A stretch of 64,000 bases of DNA from Desulfatiglandales bacterium (GCA_963662465.1 OY759599.1:5760001-5824000), one strand, 5' to 3'; shown: positions 9,484 through 24,132, counted from the first letter of the stretch. Numbers and translations: made by a program. The notes: generated by a model not told the origin, from the letters alone.

Positions 9484-9674
9484 TTTTATGTCAGACTTTG
9501 TTTGAAAGAAGAAAAAACGACCTCAAAAGCTACTTTATTGAAAGGAAATACCTTATTCGTTGTTAACGAATTCATAAAATAAAAACAAAAAAATCAAATG
9601 GTTTTTCTATTTTTTAACAAACTTTCAACCCTGTTATTATTGTGATTAATTTTATATATCTAAAAAAACAATAA
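9484..9674 (+). other. Probable oriC unwinding region, dnaA-dnaN intergenic (copy 2 of the module)
   Basis: AT-rich. Degenerate tandem box-like TTTTTAACA-AA-CTTTCAACC is followed by TTATTATTGTGATTA triplet repeats (DnaA-trio-like). Gene orientation switches around dnaA. Confidence 0.65.
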
Positions 9675-9694
9675 AATCACCAACGGAGGAAATA

Positions 9695-13199
<3,505 letters not shown>

Positions 13200-13202
13200 G
13201 GG

Positions 13203-13251
13203 AGTGAAAAGTGAAAAGTGAAAAGTAGGGGCTGGCCCCAGTGCCTGCCCT
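13203..13251 (+). repeat. Three AGTGAAA heptamers followed by a GTAG-type REP-like sequence
   Basis: AGTGAAA x3, then GTAGGGGCTGGCCCCAGTGCCTGCCCT (13225-13251). Confidence 0.55.
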
Positions 13252-13286
13252 TTGAAATATAAGATATTTGGAGAAACCATAATATT

Positions 13287-15710
13287 ATGATTCAGGATGT
13301 AGAACCCGAATTTGTTAATATCGAAGATGAGATGAAAAAGTCTTATCTCGAATACTCCATGAGCGTTATTGTGGGTCGAGCGCTTCCGGACATCAGGGAC
13401 GGTCTGAAACCGGTTCATAGACGTGTATTGTTCGCCATGAATGACCTGAAGAATTTTTTCAACAGGCCATATAAAAAATCGGCAAGGGTCGTGGGCGATG
13501 TCATTGGTAAATATCACCCCCATGGGGATAGCGCAGTATATGATACCATCGTTCGTATGGCTCAGGATTTCTCTCTAAGATACTGTCTTATTGATGGTCA
13601 GGGAAACTTTGGAAGCGTGGATGGCGATCCGCCGGCCGCAATGCGGTACACCGAAGTGAGGATGACGCGAACGACGCAGGATTTTTTATCCGACCTTGAT
13701 AAGGAAACGGTCGATTTCGTACCCACCTATGATGGAAGTCTCCTGGAACCCCTGGTTCTTCCAACCAAAGTACCGAATTTATTGATTAATGGATCTTCCG
13801 GAATCGCCGTGGGCATGGCCACTAACATCCCCCCCCATAACCTTTCGGAAATTTGCGCCGGCATTGAAAAGGTTATGGACAATCCCGACGTGTCCTTGAG
13901 GGAATTGATGACTGCTATCCCTGGACCCGATTTTCCAACGGCTGGATTTATTCTCGGGAAAAAAGGAATTGTGGAGGCCTATGGTACGGGAAGGGGCATC
14001 ATCAAGGTCAGGGCGAGAGCCTTTGTGGAACAATATGGCCACAATAAAGAGAGGATCGTTGTTTCTGAAATTCCTTATCAGGTCAATAAAGGAAAATTGC
14101 TGGAAAAGATGGCGGCCCAGGTAAGGGATAAGAAAATTGAAGGCATTTCCGAAATTCGCGATGAATCGGACCGGGACGGCATGCGCATTGTCGTTGAAAT
14201 TAAACGAGATGCGCATGCGCTGGTTATACTGAACCAGCTCTATAAATATACCCAAATGAAAGTTTCTTTTGGCATTATCCTGCTGGCAATTGTCAATGGA
14301 CGGCCCGAAATTTTGACGCTCAAGGGAATGATTCAGCATTTTATCAAACATCGCCACGAAGTGATCGTGCGCAGAACCATCTTTGATTTGAAGAAAGCGG
14401 AAGCGCGGGCTCATATTCTCGAGGGCCTCAAAAAAGCCCTTGATTTTTTAGACGAAATCATTGAATTGATCCGATCTTCCGCTGATGCAAAAGAAGCGAA
14501 GGAAAGACTGATTTCAGAGTTTCAATTTTCAGAAATACAGGCCCAGGCCATTCTGGATATGAGACTGCAACGGCTGACGGGACTTGAAAGAGAAAAAATT
14601 CATTCGGAATATGAAGCGTTGCTAAAAGATATCGCCTATTATAAGGCCATCCTGGCGACGCCTTCCATGATTCTGGATATCATTAAGGAAGAACTGAAAG
14701 AGATTAAAGCGGCTTACGGCGATGACCGGCGGACGGAGATTGTGGAAGATGCCGGGGAAATTGATATGGAGGATCTCATCGCCGAAGAAGATATGGTGGT
14801 GACCGTCAGTCATACAGGATACATTAAACGAAACCCCATCAGTCTATATCGGGCACAGCGCCGAGGCGGAAAAGGGATGACCGGCGCTAAAACCAAGGAA
14901 GAGGATTTTGTTGAGCATCTGTTTGTGGCTTCTTCACATGACCATTTTCTTTTTTTCAGCAACAAAGGACGGGTTTACTGGAAAAAAGTCCATGAAATTC
15001 CGGAGGGCGGAAGAACATCTAGGGGAAAGGCCATTGTCAATCTTCTGGACCTGAAAAAAGGGGAACGGCTGGCCACTATACTTCCCGTCAGAGATTATGA
15101 AGAAGGCAAATACGTGGTGATGGCCACCAAAATGGGACTGGTGAAAAAAACAGAGCTTACAGCATACAGCCATCCCAGGTCCGTTGGCACCATCGGGCTG
15201 AAAATTAAAGAAAATGATGAATTGATTGGCGTTAGGGTTTCCAGCGGCGAACAGAGTATTTTTCTAACCACCAGGGAAGGAAAATCCATCCGGTTCAAAG
15301 AATCCGACCTGAGAAGCATGGGCAGAGTGGCTTCTGGGAATATTGGGATAAAAATGGAACCGGGCAATGAGGTTGTGGGGATGGAAACCCTTGGTGAAGA
15401 CGCAACCATCTTGACGGTTACGGAAAACGGGTTTGGAAAACGGACGAAAACCGATGAATATCCGATTCAGGCAAGGTCCGGTAAAGGCGTCATTACCATC
15501 AAAACCAGTGAAAGAAACGGCGCCGTGGTCTACGCTTATGAAGTAACGGACCAGGATGAGTTGATGATTATTACGGGCCATGGAAAAATAATTCGATTAC
15601 GGGTCGCGGATATTTCAGTTATCGGAAGAAACACCCAGGGGGTAAAACTCATTAATTTGGGAGAAGGGGAAAAGGTTGTGGGTGTTGCCAAGATTATGGA
15701 AGAAGACTGA
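13287..15710 (+). CDS. gyrA: DNA gyrase subunit A
   Basis: RALPD, YHPHGD, AAMRYTE catalytic Tyr, GyrA-box QRRGGKG. Confidence 0.98.
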   Translation: MIQDVEPEFVNIEDEMKKSYLEYSMSVIVGRALPDIRDGLKPVHRRVLFAMNDLKNFFNRPYKKSARVVGDVIGKYHPHGDSAVYDTIVRMAQDFSLRYCLIDGQGNFGSVDGDPPAAMRYTEVRMTRTTQDFLSDLDKETVDFVPTYDGSLLEPLVLPTKVPNLLINGSSGIAVGMATNIPPHNLSEICAGIEKVMDNPDVSLRELMTAIPGPDFPTAGFILGKKGIVEAYGTGRGIIKVRARAFVEQYGHNKERIVVSEIPYQVNKGKLLEKMAAQVRDKKIEGISEIRDESDRDGMRIVVEIKRDAHALVILNQLYKYTQMKVSFGIILLAIVNGRPEILTLKGMIQHFIKHRHEVIVRRTIFDLKKAEARAHILEGLKKALDFLDEIIELIRSSADAKEAKERLISEFQFSEIQAQAILDMRLQRLTGLEREKIHSEYEALLKDIAYYKAILATPSMILDIIKEELKEIKAAYGDDRRTEIVEDAGEIDMEDLIAEEDMVVTVSHTGYIKRNPISLYRAQRRGGKGMTGAKTKEEDFVEHLFVASSHDHFLFFSNKGRVYWKKVHEIPEGGRTSRGKAIVNLLDLKKGERLATILPVRDYEEGKYVVMATKMGLVKKTELTAYSHPRSVGTIGLKIKENDELIGVRVSSGEQSIFLTTREGKSIRFKESDLRSMGRVASGNIGIKMEPGNEVVGMETLGEDATILTVTENGFGKRTKTDEYPIQARSGKGVITIKTSERNGAVVYAYEVTDQDELMIITGHGKIIRLRVADISVIGRNTQGVKLINLGEGEKVVGVAKIMEED

Positions 15711-15742
15711 GTATAAATTTAACCTTGAAAGGAAAGTAATCC

Positions 15743-16768
15743 GTGGGGTTAGTTGAATTAACAAAAATCGCGGTGATTGGGGCAGGGAGCTGGGGAACCG
15801 CATTGGCCAATCTTCTGGCGGGGAAACCGGGCTTGGAGGTTGATCTATGGGTTCGTGAGAAAGAGGTGTTCAGGGAGATCAGAGAGCACCATACGAATCA
15901 TCTGTTTTTGCCGGGTGTTCAACTGGCTCCCGGTCTAAAACCGGTTTCGTCTTTCCAGGAGGCTCTGCATGAAAAACAACTGATTCTTATGGCGGCGCCT
16001 TCCCATGTGTTCCGAGAGGTCCTGGAGGGATTGCGTTCTTATCTTAAACCGGACATAAGCCTGATGATGGCGACAAAAGGGATTGAGAATGATACATTGA
16101 TGATCATGAGCCAGGTGGCTGAAGCGGTTTTGGGTCCTCGGATATTGACAAATTTTGCATGCCTTGCGGGACCCAGTTTTGCAAAAGAGGTGAGCCGGGA
16201 ATTTCCCACGGCGGTCACCATTGCCTGTGAAGATCCGATCCATGGGGAGAACCTCCAGCGGCTTTTTTTTACGGACTTTTTCCGCGTATACCTCAGCAGC
16301 GATGTGGTGGGAACTCAGTTGGGAGGGGCACTCAAAAATGTGGTGGCCATTGCGGCGGGAGTTTCCGATGGACTCAATTTCGGACATAACGCACGTGCGG
16401 CGCTGATTACGAGAGGACTGGCGGAGATCACGCGGCTGGGGGTCCGTATGGGGTCTAATCCCCACACCTTTGCGGGGCTTGCGGGCATGGGGGACCTGGT
16501 CCTTACCTGCACGGGCGATTTGAGTCGGAACAGGACGGTGGGACTTGCGGTGGGGAAAGGGAAAACCATCGAAGAAATCACATCCCACATGAATATGGTG
16601 GCTGAAGGGATTAAAACGGCGAAGTCCGCTTATCAGCTCGCTGGAAAAATGAATGTGATTATGCCCATCGTGGATCAGGTTTACGAAATTTTGTATGAAA
16701 AAAAGGATCCCCGACAAGCGGTTAGAGAACTCATGACAAGGGATTTAAAAGTTGAGCTTGAACACTGA
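15743..16768 (+). CDS. gpsA: NAD(P)H-dependent glycerol-3-phosphate dehydrogenase
   Basis: GAGSWG, TKGIE, GPSFA, GALKN, GDLVLTC...SRN motifs. Confidence 0.95.
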   Translation: MGLVELTKIAVIGAGSWGTALANLLAGKPGLEVDLWVREKEVFREIREHHTNHLFLPGVQLAPGLKPVSSFQEALHEKQLILMAAPSHVFREVLEGLRSYLKPDISLMMATKGIENDTLMIMSQVAEAVLGPRILTNFACLAGPSFAKEVSREFPTAVTIACEDPIHGENLQRLFFTDFFRVYLSSDVVGTQLGGALKNVVAIAAGVSDGLNFGHNARAALITRGLAEITRLGVRMGSNPHTFAGLAGMGDLVLTCTGDLSRNRTVGLAVGKGKTIEEITSHMNMVAEGIKTAKSAYQLAGKMNVIMPIVDQVYEILYEKKDPRQAVRELMTRDLKVELEH

Positions 16769-16772
16769 AGTG

Positions 16773-17612
16773 ATGGAAAAACAAAACATTAAAACAAATG
16801 GCGCCGAAAATTCAGAACCTTTTCATCCGGGCGTTGTCTCCCATGGGTTGAAGGAATGTATTTTTGGACAAAATATGATTTACAGGGATACTATTGGTTC
16901 CACCAATGCTGAGTTAAAAAAACTTGCTCAGGAAGGAGCGCCCGAGGGAACGGTGGTGGTTGCTGATGAACAGAGGGCCGGTTGTGGAAGACTGGGAAGA
17001 CAGTGGGTTTCAAAAAAAAGAGAAAATCTACTTTTTTCGGTTCTGTTGCGGCCGAATTTACCGCCTGAGAAGATTTTTGTTTTAACCATGATTTTTGCGT
17101 TGGCGGGTATTGATGCAGTGGAGACCGTGAGTGGTTTGCGGGCCATGATCAAATGGCCCAATGACATCTATGTGGGCGTAAAAAAGCTCGGGGGTATTTT
17201 AACGGAATTCGCCATTAGCCAAAGGACTGTTCAATACACGGTTTTAGGGATGGGACTGAATGTGAATTGGAATCCATCCAGGGTCGTGACCCTGTTGTAT
17301 CCGTCTTCAAGCATTTTTTCGGAAACACGAAAAAAAATCTCCAGAGAGGAACTGTTGACCCTGATATTAAGCCGGTTTGAACTTTTTTATCAAAGGGTTC
17401 TTGGGGATAAGAATGACCATGACGTGTTTTACAAAAGGTGGAATGAAAGATCCGCTATACTGGGAAAACAGGTGGTCATCGAAACGGGCAATGAGTGCGT
17501 ACAAGGAGAGGCCGCGGGGATCGATCATGATGGGACGTTGACCTTGATTACCGGTGACGGGCAACGAAGGAAATTTCTCTGTGGCGATGTTTCAGTTAAA
17601 ACGACGTTCTGA
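16773..17612 (+). CDS. birA: Biotin protein ligase, no N-terminal HTH
   Basis: STN, Q.AG.GR.GR.W, KWPND, KKLGGIL, G.GLN motifs. Start uncertain (16752 or 16773). Confidence 0.9.
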   Translation: MEKQNIKTNGAENSEPFHPGVVSHGLKECIFGQNMIYRDTIGSTNAELKKLAQEGAPEGTVVVADEQRAGCGRLGRQWVSKKRENLLFSVLLRPNLPPEKIFVLTMIFALAGIDAVETVSGLRAMIKWPNDIYVGVKKLGGILTEFAISQRTVQYTVLGMGLNVNWNPSRVVTLLYPSSSIFSETRKKISREELLTLILSRFELFYQRVLGDKNDHDVFYKRWNERSAILGKQVVIETGNECVQGEAAGIDHDGTLTLITGDGQRRKFLCGDVSVKTTF

Positions 17613-17626
17613 AAGGAAAATTGAAT

Positions 17627-17797
17627 ATGGCGACCCTTCAACCCAAAGGTGAAAAAGTCAAACAGGCCATTAAGTGGATTTCAGAAAACTTAAAGGAAGA
17701 CGAGGCCCGGAGTATCGTGAAACTCATTGAAGAAGCGGGAGCGAGATTTAACCTGTCGCCAAAGGATGAGGATTTTTTGAGATCTTTTTATCGCTAA
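17627..17797 (+). CDS. Small 56-aa helical hypothetical protein
   Basis: Below the ORF-track cutoff. AAGGA RBS; MATLQPKGEKVKQAIKWISENLKEDEARSIVKLIEEAGARFNLSPKDEDFLRSFYR. Confidence 0.75.
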   Translation: MATLQPKGEKVKQAIKWISENLKEDEARSIVKLIEEAGARFNLSPKDEDFLRSFYR

Positions 17798-17845
17798 TAT
17801 CATCCCCGTGATTTCCGTTTTTTCCTACCCAGAAACCATCCAATA

Positions 17846-17873
17846 GGCTCCCACGCGGGAGCGTGAGAACCAG
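17846..17873. repeat. REP-like palindromic element
   Basis: GGCTCCCACGCGGGAGCGTGAGAACCAG; CTCCCACGC...GCGTGAGA hairpin in an intergenic gap. Confidence 0.4.
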
Positions 17874-17913
17874 ATGAGATCTCATATTAGATCAACCCAA
17901 AAAGGAGGACACC

Positions 17914-18855
17914 TTGGGCAATAAAACACGGATTGCCGTTCTTTCCGGAGGGTGGTCCAAAGAAAGAAGCATTTCCCTTAAAAGTGGAAAAGCGGTTCTG
18001 ATGGCCCTTGACCCGGAAAAATACGATATTGCGTCCTATGATCCACAGGAGGATCTGGAGGCGTTGTGGAAAAATAGGAATGAAGTGGATTTGGCTTTTG
18101 TCCTGTTACACGGAAAATATGGGGAGGATGGGCGGATTCAGGGGCTCTTGGATCTTTTCCAAATACCCTTTGTGGGTTCCGGCGTTTTGGCCGGCGCCAT
18201 GGCTATGAACAAAAGGGTGACAAAGGATGTTTACAGAAGTGTGGGCCTGCCTGTCCCAAAGGATGTGGTCTTAAGAAAAACCGAAAGCTTTTCATTGGAG
18301 AACATAAAAGAGCGTTTGGGGTTGCCCATTGTCATAAAACCGGTTTGCGAGGGGTCCAGCTTGGGCATTTCCATCATGGAGGGGGATGCTGATATTCTGG
18401 CGGGAATTGAAAAGGCATTCACATTTGATGCCGAGGTCCTGTTGGAGGAGTACGTGGCGGGACGGGAAATTACGTGTGCCGTACTGGGCCGACAACATCT
18501 TGAAACCCTGCCGCTGGTGGAAATTGTGCCCAGGAGCGGCCATCGGTTTTTCGATTTTGACGCAAAATATAAGGTGGGGGAGACCACGGAAATTTGCCCC
18601 GCGCAAATTGATTCGCATCTTCGAAATGAAGCCTTTGAACTGGCAAAAAATGCGCATCAGGCCCTTCATTGCCGGGATTGGAGCAGAACGGATATGATTG
18701 TGCGGGATGATAAAATTTTTCTACTGGAAACCAACACCATTCCCGGCATGACCGAGACCAGTTTGGTTCCCCTGGCTGCACGGGGAAAGGGATGGAAATT
18801 GGGGCGGTTGCTGGATCATATGATCGAAAAATGTTTGGCGGAACCGGATTTTTGA
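17914..18855 (+). CDS. ddl: D-alanine--D-alanine ligase
   Basis: GG.S.ER..S, LHGKYGEDG, KP..EGSS, FDFDAKY, ETNTIPGMT motifs. Confidence 0.95.
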   Translation: MGNKTRIAVLSGGWSKERSISLKSGKAVLMALDPEKYDIASYDPQEDLEALWKNRNEVDLAFVLLHGKYGEDGRIQGLLDLFQIPFVGSGVLAGAMAMNKRVTKDVYRSVGLPVPKDVVLRKTESFSLENIKERLGLPIVIKPVCEGSSLGISIMEGDADILAGIEKAFTFDAEVLLEEYVAGREITCAVLGRQHLETLPLVEIVPRSGHRFFDFDAKYKVGETTEICPAQIDSHLRNEAFELAKNAHQALHCRDWSRTDMIVRDDKIFLLETNTIPGMTETSLVPLAARGKGWKLGRLLDHMIEKCLAEPDF

Positions 18856-18955
18856 AGAAATTACCATGAATTTATCGTACAATCACCGGGCGATAATTTT
18901 TGTGCGCCATTGTATGATGGGGCTCTGTGCATAGGGCAAAGGGAGGCAGACCAGT

Positions 18956-21016
18956 ATGGAAAGCAGAGAAATTTATTCCTTACCGTATCATTTGAAGGCT
19001 GTCAAAGAGGGTAAAAGATGTTTTGAAAATGCGTTTCAATCCGTTTCAAGAATGATCCTTGAAGGCGACATTGAAAAAGTGACGGTAACCGGTAAAACCA
19101 CTTATGATTTCAGTATTTTTCGTTCCGGAAAAAAGCATATTGTGGGTCTTTATGATGAATTAAACAGTTTTGTATCCTATGTAAAAGACGCTGCTGAAGG
19201 GGGTTCGTCCAAGGAAATGGCCTTTGTCCTCGTGGGAGAGCCGGGGAATGGAAAAACATTTCTGGTGGATTTTCTTTGTGCCAAGTACCGGGAATTTTTG
19301 GCAATCGAAAAAAACCGAAAATTTACCTTTCAGTTTGTGAATATGGACCAACTGGGGGATTTTGGGAATATCAAGGTTATTGAGTCGCAAACCTATGAAG
19401 ATCCGATGATCTTGGCAATGAATCTTTTTGAAGATCCTGACCAGAACAGGGCTTTTCTCGGAAAAGAGGCGGGTTTTTCCGACGGTGAAATCGAAAAAGC
19501 CTATGAAAATTTTCGTCCGCTGGGCGCCTGCAGTGCCTATATATGGGATAAAATTCGTAGTCAGGTAGACGGCAAAATTGAAAAAATGCTCGATTTTATA
19601 AAAATTGTTCCGGTTCCGTTGACGGAAAGTCTTGGCACGGTTACCGGAAAATATCCGGCAAAAGATAAAATCACCTCATCGGCTGTTGATCTGTTGGGGG
19701 AAGAATCCATTCAGCGTCTGTTACACATTACCGACACCAATAATCCTTATCGTTTCGATCTGAGACGAGGCGCACTGGCGCGTGTGGCGGGCGGGGGCAT
19801 TCATTTCAGCGATGAAATTTTCAAGAACAAAAGAGATTTGGTTCAGGTGTACCTGGGGGTGATTCAGAATCGGAGCATCGAAATTGACGGTTTCAAATGG
19901 CCTATCGACACCTTGATTGTCGCCACCAGCAATAACTCGGAATTTTATAAGTTTCTTTCGGAGAAGGAGGAGGCGCCCATTGTTGATCGATGTCGTATTT
20001 GTTATGTTTCCCATAACACCAACTATCGGCTGCAAAGTGATCTGACAGCCTATGCCATCGGGAGCGAAAGCCGGACGACCCTCATGCGGGAGATCCTGCA
20101 TCAGGACCCCAATTTGAATTATGCCGCATCCGTCGCCATTGTTCTGTCTCGATTGCCCAGAAGCGAAAAACTGACGCCCATTGAAACCATGAAACTGGCA
20201 GCCGGTGAAGTTGCCGGGGAAAAGAGCATCAAAACCCTTTCCGAAGTGATTGATACCCTCAATCAGGATCCGAATATTACCAATCGGTTCGGTCAAAAGG
20301 GATTGGGGCAGAGAAACCTGGGGCGGGCCATACAGCTCCTTGTGGAAAGTTCGGAGACCAATGAAGGGCAATGCATGTTCGCCCATGATATTTTCAAGGT
20401 CATCGAACGGGTTATCCTGGATTATGTGAATGACAGTAATGACAGAAGCAAATATCTGGAAGACCTGAAAACCGCAAAAGGGCTGTACCGTGAACGGATC
20501 ATGACGGAAATGTTTAATGCCTATATGGATGAACCGTTCGCTATTCGCAAGGACGTCATGAATTACGTGAACATGATCATCGGGATAGATGCTGAAAATC
20601 TGGGTCAGGACATGATGTGGAAATACAAAGACCCCCAGACCGGCGAACTCAAGGCGTTGAAGGTTGATGAACGGTTTATCAACAGCGTTGAAGAACGATT
20701 GGGACTCAAGACCGAAGAGCAACGGGATTCTTTTAGAACCTCCATTCGAAAGATTTATGGTCAGAAAATTTCAGTGAATCCTGAATACGATTTTATGGAT
20801 AATCTGGAACTGGTAAAGGCGGTGACCGATGTTCGTTTAAAATCGGATATTTCCGGGGCCGGCAGCCTCATCGGGGCCTTGGCCAATCGGACCAACGAAG
20901 AAAATCAAAAGCTCTATGACCGAATGGTGGATACCATGCTCAACAAGCTCAAGTACTGTAAAACATGCGCTCAGAAAACCCTCGAGTATTTCTGTACCCA
21001 GGAGGATGATAAATAG
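18956..21016 (+). CDS. prkA: PrkA/YeaG-family AAA+ ATPase (annotated serine protein kinase)
   Basis: Walker A GEPGNGKT, Walker B IHFSDE, DRCR arginine-finger region, C-terminal YCKTCA. Followed by yeaH and spoVR. Confidence 0.88.
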   Translation: MESREIYSLPYHLKAVKEGKRCFENAFQSVSRMILEGDIEKVTVTGKTTYDFSIFRSGKKHIVGLYDELNSFVSYVKDAAEGGSSKEMAFVLVGEPGNGKTFLVDFLCAKYREFLAIEKNRKFTFQFVNMDQLGDFGNIKVIESQTYEDPMILAMNLFEDPDQNRAFLGKEAGFSDGEIEKAYENFRPLGACSAYIWDKIRSQVDGKIEKMLDFIKIVPVPLTESLGTVTGKYPAKDKITSSAVDLLGEESIQRLLHITDTNNPYRFDLRRGALARVAGGGIHFSDEIFKNKRDLVQVYLGVIQNRSIEIDGFKWPIDTLIVATSNNSEFYKFLSEKEEAPIVDRCRICYVSHNTNYRLQSDLTAYAIGSESRTTLMREILHQDPNLNYAASVAIVLSRLPRSEKLTPIETMKLAAGEVAGEKSIKTLSEVIDTLNQDPNITNRFGQKGLGQRNLGRAIQLLVESSETNEGQCMFAHDIFKVIERVILDYVNDSNDRSKYLEDLKTAKGLYRERIMTEMFNAYMDEPFAIRKDVMNYVNMIIGIDAENLGQDMMWKYKDPQTGELKALKVDERFINSVEERLGLKTEEQRDSFRTSIRKIYGQKISVNPEYDFMDNLELVKAVTDVRLKSDISGAGSLIGALANRTNEENQKLYDRMVDTMLNKLKYCKTCAQKTLEYFCTQEDDK

Positions 21017-21063
21017 CGAACCTTGTAGGCACAAGACGAGTAACATTACCTGTTGCGGAGCAA

Positions 21064-22446
21064 GTGATGAACAAAGAAATGCCTGAACATGGGAACGAAA
21101 CAAAAGGGGTGAAAATATCCCCGGAAACTGAGGAGCGGGGGATCTGTGAGCAGTATGGACTCTTTTCCCACGAATCCGTCGATGATGGATTGGACTCTCG
21201 TATGGGACCCTGGCATTGTTTTCCGGAAGGACAACCTTTGTACGGGCACAATGATCTGTTTTTGTTAAACGCGTTGACAGCCTTGCACCCGAGTTATAAC
21301 GCGGGCCTTCATTCCATTGATGATCTTTTGGAACGGGATAAGCAAAGAGAAAAGGATGGGTTTCCCCGAAAAATCCGGGTGGGTCGAATGATTAAGCCGG
21401 GAAAGGGGGGGAAAGACAAGATCGTTGTGGTACCCACCACCGTCGAAGAAAAATTTATTCACGACAGATCCTTGCGTCCATCCGAGGAAGAACCCTCAGG
21501 CGGATCGGGCGAAGGCGAAGAAGGCGAGGTCGTCGGTGAAGAACCCATCCGCGGCGAGTCCGGGCAGGGAGGCGCCGGAGAGGGGAGCGAAGGCCCCCAC
21601 GAAATGGAATCCAGCGCCTATGACCTGGGAAGGCTTTTGACGGAACAATTCCAATTGCCTAACTTGAAAGACAAAGGGAAAAAAAGGGCACTTGCCCGTT
21701 ATACCTATGAAATGAGCGATAAAAACCGAGGGTTTGGCCAGTTTCTGGACAAAAAGGCAACGCTCAAAAAAATTGTGGAAACCAATATTGCCCTCGGAAA
21801 TCTCTCTGACAGGGAACATATTGATCCCACCGGATTTATCATCTCTCCTCATGACCGGATTTATCGCATTCTTTCCCGGGAAATTGATTACGAATCCCAG
21901 GCCCTTGTATTTTTTCTAAGGGATTATTCCGGTTCAATGATGGGAAAACCGACCGAACTGGTGGTATCCCAGCATGTTCTAATCTACAGTTGGCTGCTGT
22001 TCCAGTATGCCAGGCAGGTGGAAAGCCGATTTATCCTTCATGACACAGAGGCTAAGGAAGTACCTGATTTTTATACCTATTATAACTCAAAAGTGGCTGG
22101 GGGAACCCGGGTGGCATCTGCTTTTCGGTTGGTCAATGAAATTGTTCAAAAGGAACGGCTTTCGGATGATTACAATATTTACGTGTTTCACGGCACCGAT
22201 GGGGATGACTGGGATACCAATGGAAAGGAGGCTGTTCCGGAACTCAAGAAGATGATGGGGTATTGCAATCGCATGGGAATTACCATTATTGAGCGCAGCG
22301 GGGTCAGGAATAAGACGGAAGTTGAGAGTTATATCCGAAATTCAAAGCTTTTGACGGAGAAACCCGATTTACTGCGGTTGGACGTGATGGATGAAACCGC
22401 GGATGAACCGCGGTTGATTGAAGGCATTAAAACCCTCATTAGCTGA
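21064..22446 (+). CDS. yeaH: YeaH/YhbH (DUF444) vWA-like protein
   Basis: Gly/Glu-rich linker, LPNL, MIDAS-like DYSGSM, GGT.VASA, YVFHGTDGD. Start uncertain. Confidence 0.85.
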   Translation: MMNKEMPEHGNETKGVKISPETEERGICEQYGLFSHESVDDGLDSRMGPWHCFPEGQPLYGHNDLFLLNALTALHPSYNAGLHSIDDLLERDKQREKDGFPRKIRVGRMIKPGKGGKDKIVVVPTTVEEKFIHDRSLRPSEEEPSGGSGEGEEGEVVGEEPIRGESGQGGAGEGSEGPHEMESSAYDLGRLLTEQFQLPNLKDKGKKRALARYTYEMSDKNRGFGQFLDKKATLKKIVETNIALGNLSDREHIDPTGFIISPHDRIYRILSREIDYESQALVFFLRDYSGSMMGKPTELVVSQHVLIYSWLLFQYARQVESRFILHDTEAKEVPDFYTYYNSKVAGGTRVASAFRLVNEIVQKERLSDDYNIYVFHGTDGDDWDTNGKEAVPELKKMMGYCNRMGITIIERSGVRNKTEVESYIRNSKLLTEKPDLLRLDVMDETADEPRLIEGIKTLIS

Positions 22447-22470
22447 GGAAGGCAAACGAGGCGCAAAAAA

Positions 22471-24126
22471 ATGGAACTGATCAACCAGCACACCAAAACC
22501 ATCATGGAAGGGTGTAAAGAACGTGCGCGCACCGCGGGATTGAAATTTCAGGATGAAACCCTGGAATATATCGTGACGAACCGCGACCTTCTGGAACTCT
22601 CTCCAAAGGTGATGATTCCAACGCTTTATGATTACTGGGTCCACGATGTGGAGGTGTTAAAAGAAAAAGGGCGATATGAATTATACCCGAATAATCCCTA
22701 TGAGACGGTGATTAATACACGCCCCGCCATTTCATTTTATAATGACAACAATCCGGACTGGTTGAATGTCATGATTTTTTACCATGTGCTGGCGCATATT
22801 GATTTTTTTCAGAACAATTTCTTTTTTCAAAATACCTGGGACTATGATTTTACCGGGCGTGCCCTTTCGGATAAACGCGGTATTGCCAAATTAAGATCCG
22901 AAAAGGGGCGTTGGGTGGATTACATTATCGAATTTTCACGGGGCATTGATAATCTCGTGGGGTACTTCGATGCGTTGTGCTGTATTGATGGGTCTTCCGG
23001 GACTCATCAAATCAGCCGATTTGATTATTATTTCGATGTGTTTTTACAGTCTGAAAAAAAGGTGAACGTCAGTGACTATATCAAAGAAGTGAAGCGATAC
23101 AATGACAATACAGAAGAATATGGGCGGGGCGGGGAGGCTCATTTTTTCGCGGATGTGAAGCGAGACCACCCGGAATTTGAAGCCCTGTATAAAAAACACC
23201 GGGAAGAAAAGCCTGAGGGAAAAAAAGATTTGCTTCAATTCCTGATGGTCCATTCGGCGTTTCTGAAGAAAAATGAAAATCAATGGATGAAATCCATCAT
23301 GGAGGTGGTTCGAAATACATCCCTTTTTTTTCAGCCGCAAATTCGAACCAAGATCATGAATGAAGGTTGGGCCAGCTACTGGCATGAGACCCTTTTTTTA
23401 AAAGATGATCGGATTGGGGGTCATGAGGTTGATTTTGCCAGGGTTAATGCAAAGGTGACCGCCATGCCTCGGGTGGGCTTGAATCCTTACGCCATGGGCA
23501 TGCGGCTTTTCCATTATATCGAAGAAAAGGGGGATAAAGGTAAATTTTCCATTGAATTTGAGAGAATTTTGAACGCTGAAAAGCGGAAGGAATATGATGG
23601 AAAAGTCGGGTTGGGGCGTGGTCTGATTTTCAAGATTCGTAAAGATTTATGCGATTTTACCTTTATTAATTCTTTCCTGGATGAAGATTTTGTCACCCAG
23701 AACAAATTGTTTGTTACCGGCAGGCGATTGAACAGGGGTAAAGGGGTTTGGGAATATTATGTGAAAAGCCGGAAACCGGAAGATTATCGTCAAATGGTTC
23801 TGGAATCCCTTTACCACCCGCCGCAGATTCAGGTGGATTTGAAGAAAACCGTGGATGGGAATCTTTATCTGAATCATAAATTTGAGGGGAAACCCCTGGT
23901 TAAGGATTTCATTGCCAATACCATGATGGGCATCGAGTACCTCTGGGGGGGGCCGGTTCATCTGGAAACCAGTGAGGTGATCGCAATCCCCCGGGAAATA
24001 TCTATGCTTCCGGTTCCCCTGCTTAAAAAACCACCCATGGAAGAAGGCCCTGAAAAAGAGACGGAGTGGAAACGGGTACGGTACACCATGAAAGATCGAA
24101 AACTGGCAAAGGAAATTATTTCGTAA
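22471..24126 (+). CDS. spoVR: SpoVR/YcgB family protein
   Basis: YETVIN, YHVLAHIDFF.NN, PQIRTKIMNEGWASYWH, LNPY motifs. Confidence 0.9.
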   Translation: MELINQHTKTIMEGCKERARTAGLKFQDETLEYIVTNRDLLELSPKVMIPTLYDYWVHDVEVLKEKGRYELYPNNPYETVINTRPAISFYNDNNPDWLNVMIFYHVLAHIDFFQNNFFFQNTWDYDFTGRALSDKRGIAKLRSEKGRWVDYIIEFSRGIDNLVGYFDALCCIDGSSGTHQISRFDYYFDVFLQSEKKVNVSDYIKEVKRYNDNTEEYGRGGEAHFFADVKRDHPEFEALYKKHREEKPEGKKDLLQFLMVHSAFLKKNENQWMKSIMEVVRNTSLFFQPQIRTKIMNEGWASYWHETLFLKDDRIGGHEVDFARVNAKVTAMPRVGLNPYAMGMRLFHYIEEKGDKGKFSIEFERILNAEKRKEYDGKVGLGRGLIFKIRKDLCDFTFINSFLDEDFVTQNKLFVTGRRLNRGKGVWEYYVKSRKPEDYRQMVLESLYHPPQIQVDLKKTVDGNLYLNHKFEGKPLVKDFIANTMMGIEYLWGGPVHLETSEVIAIPREISMLPVPLLKKPPMEEGPEKETEWKRVRYTMKDRKLAKEIIS

Positions 24127-24132
24127 CATTTG

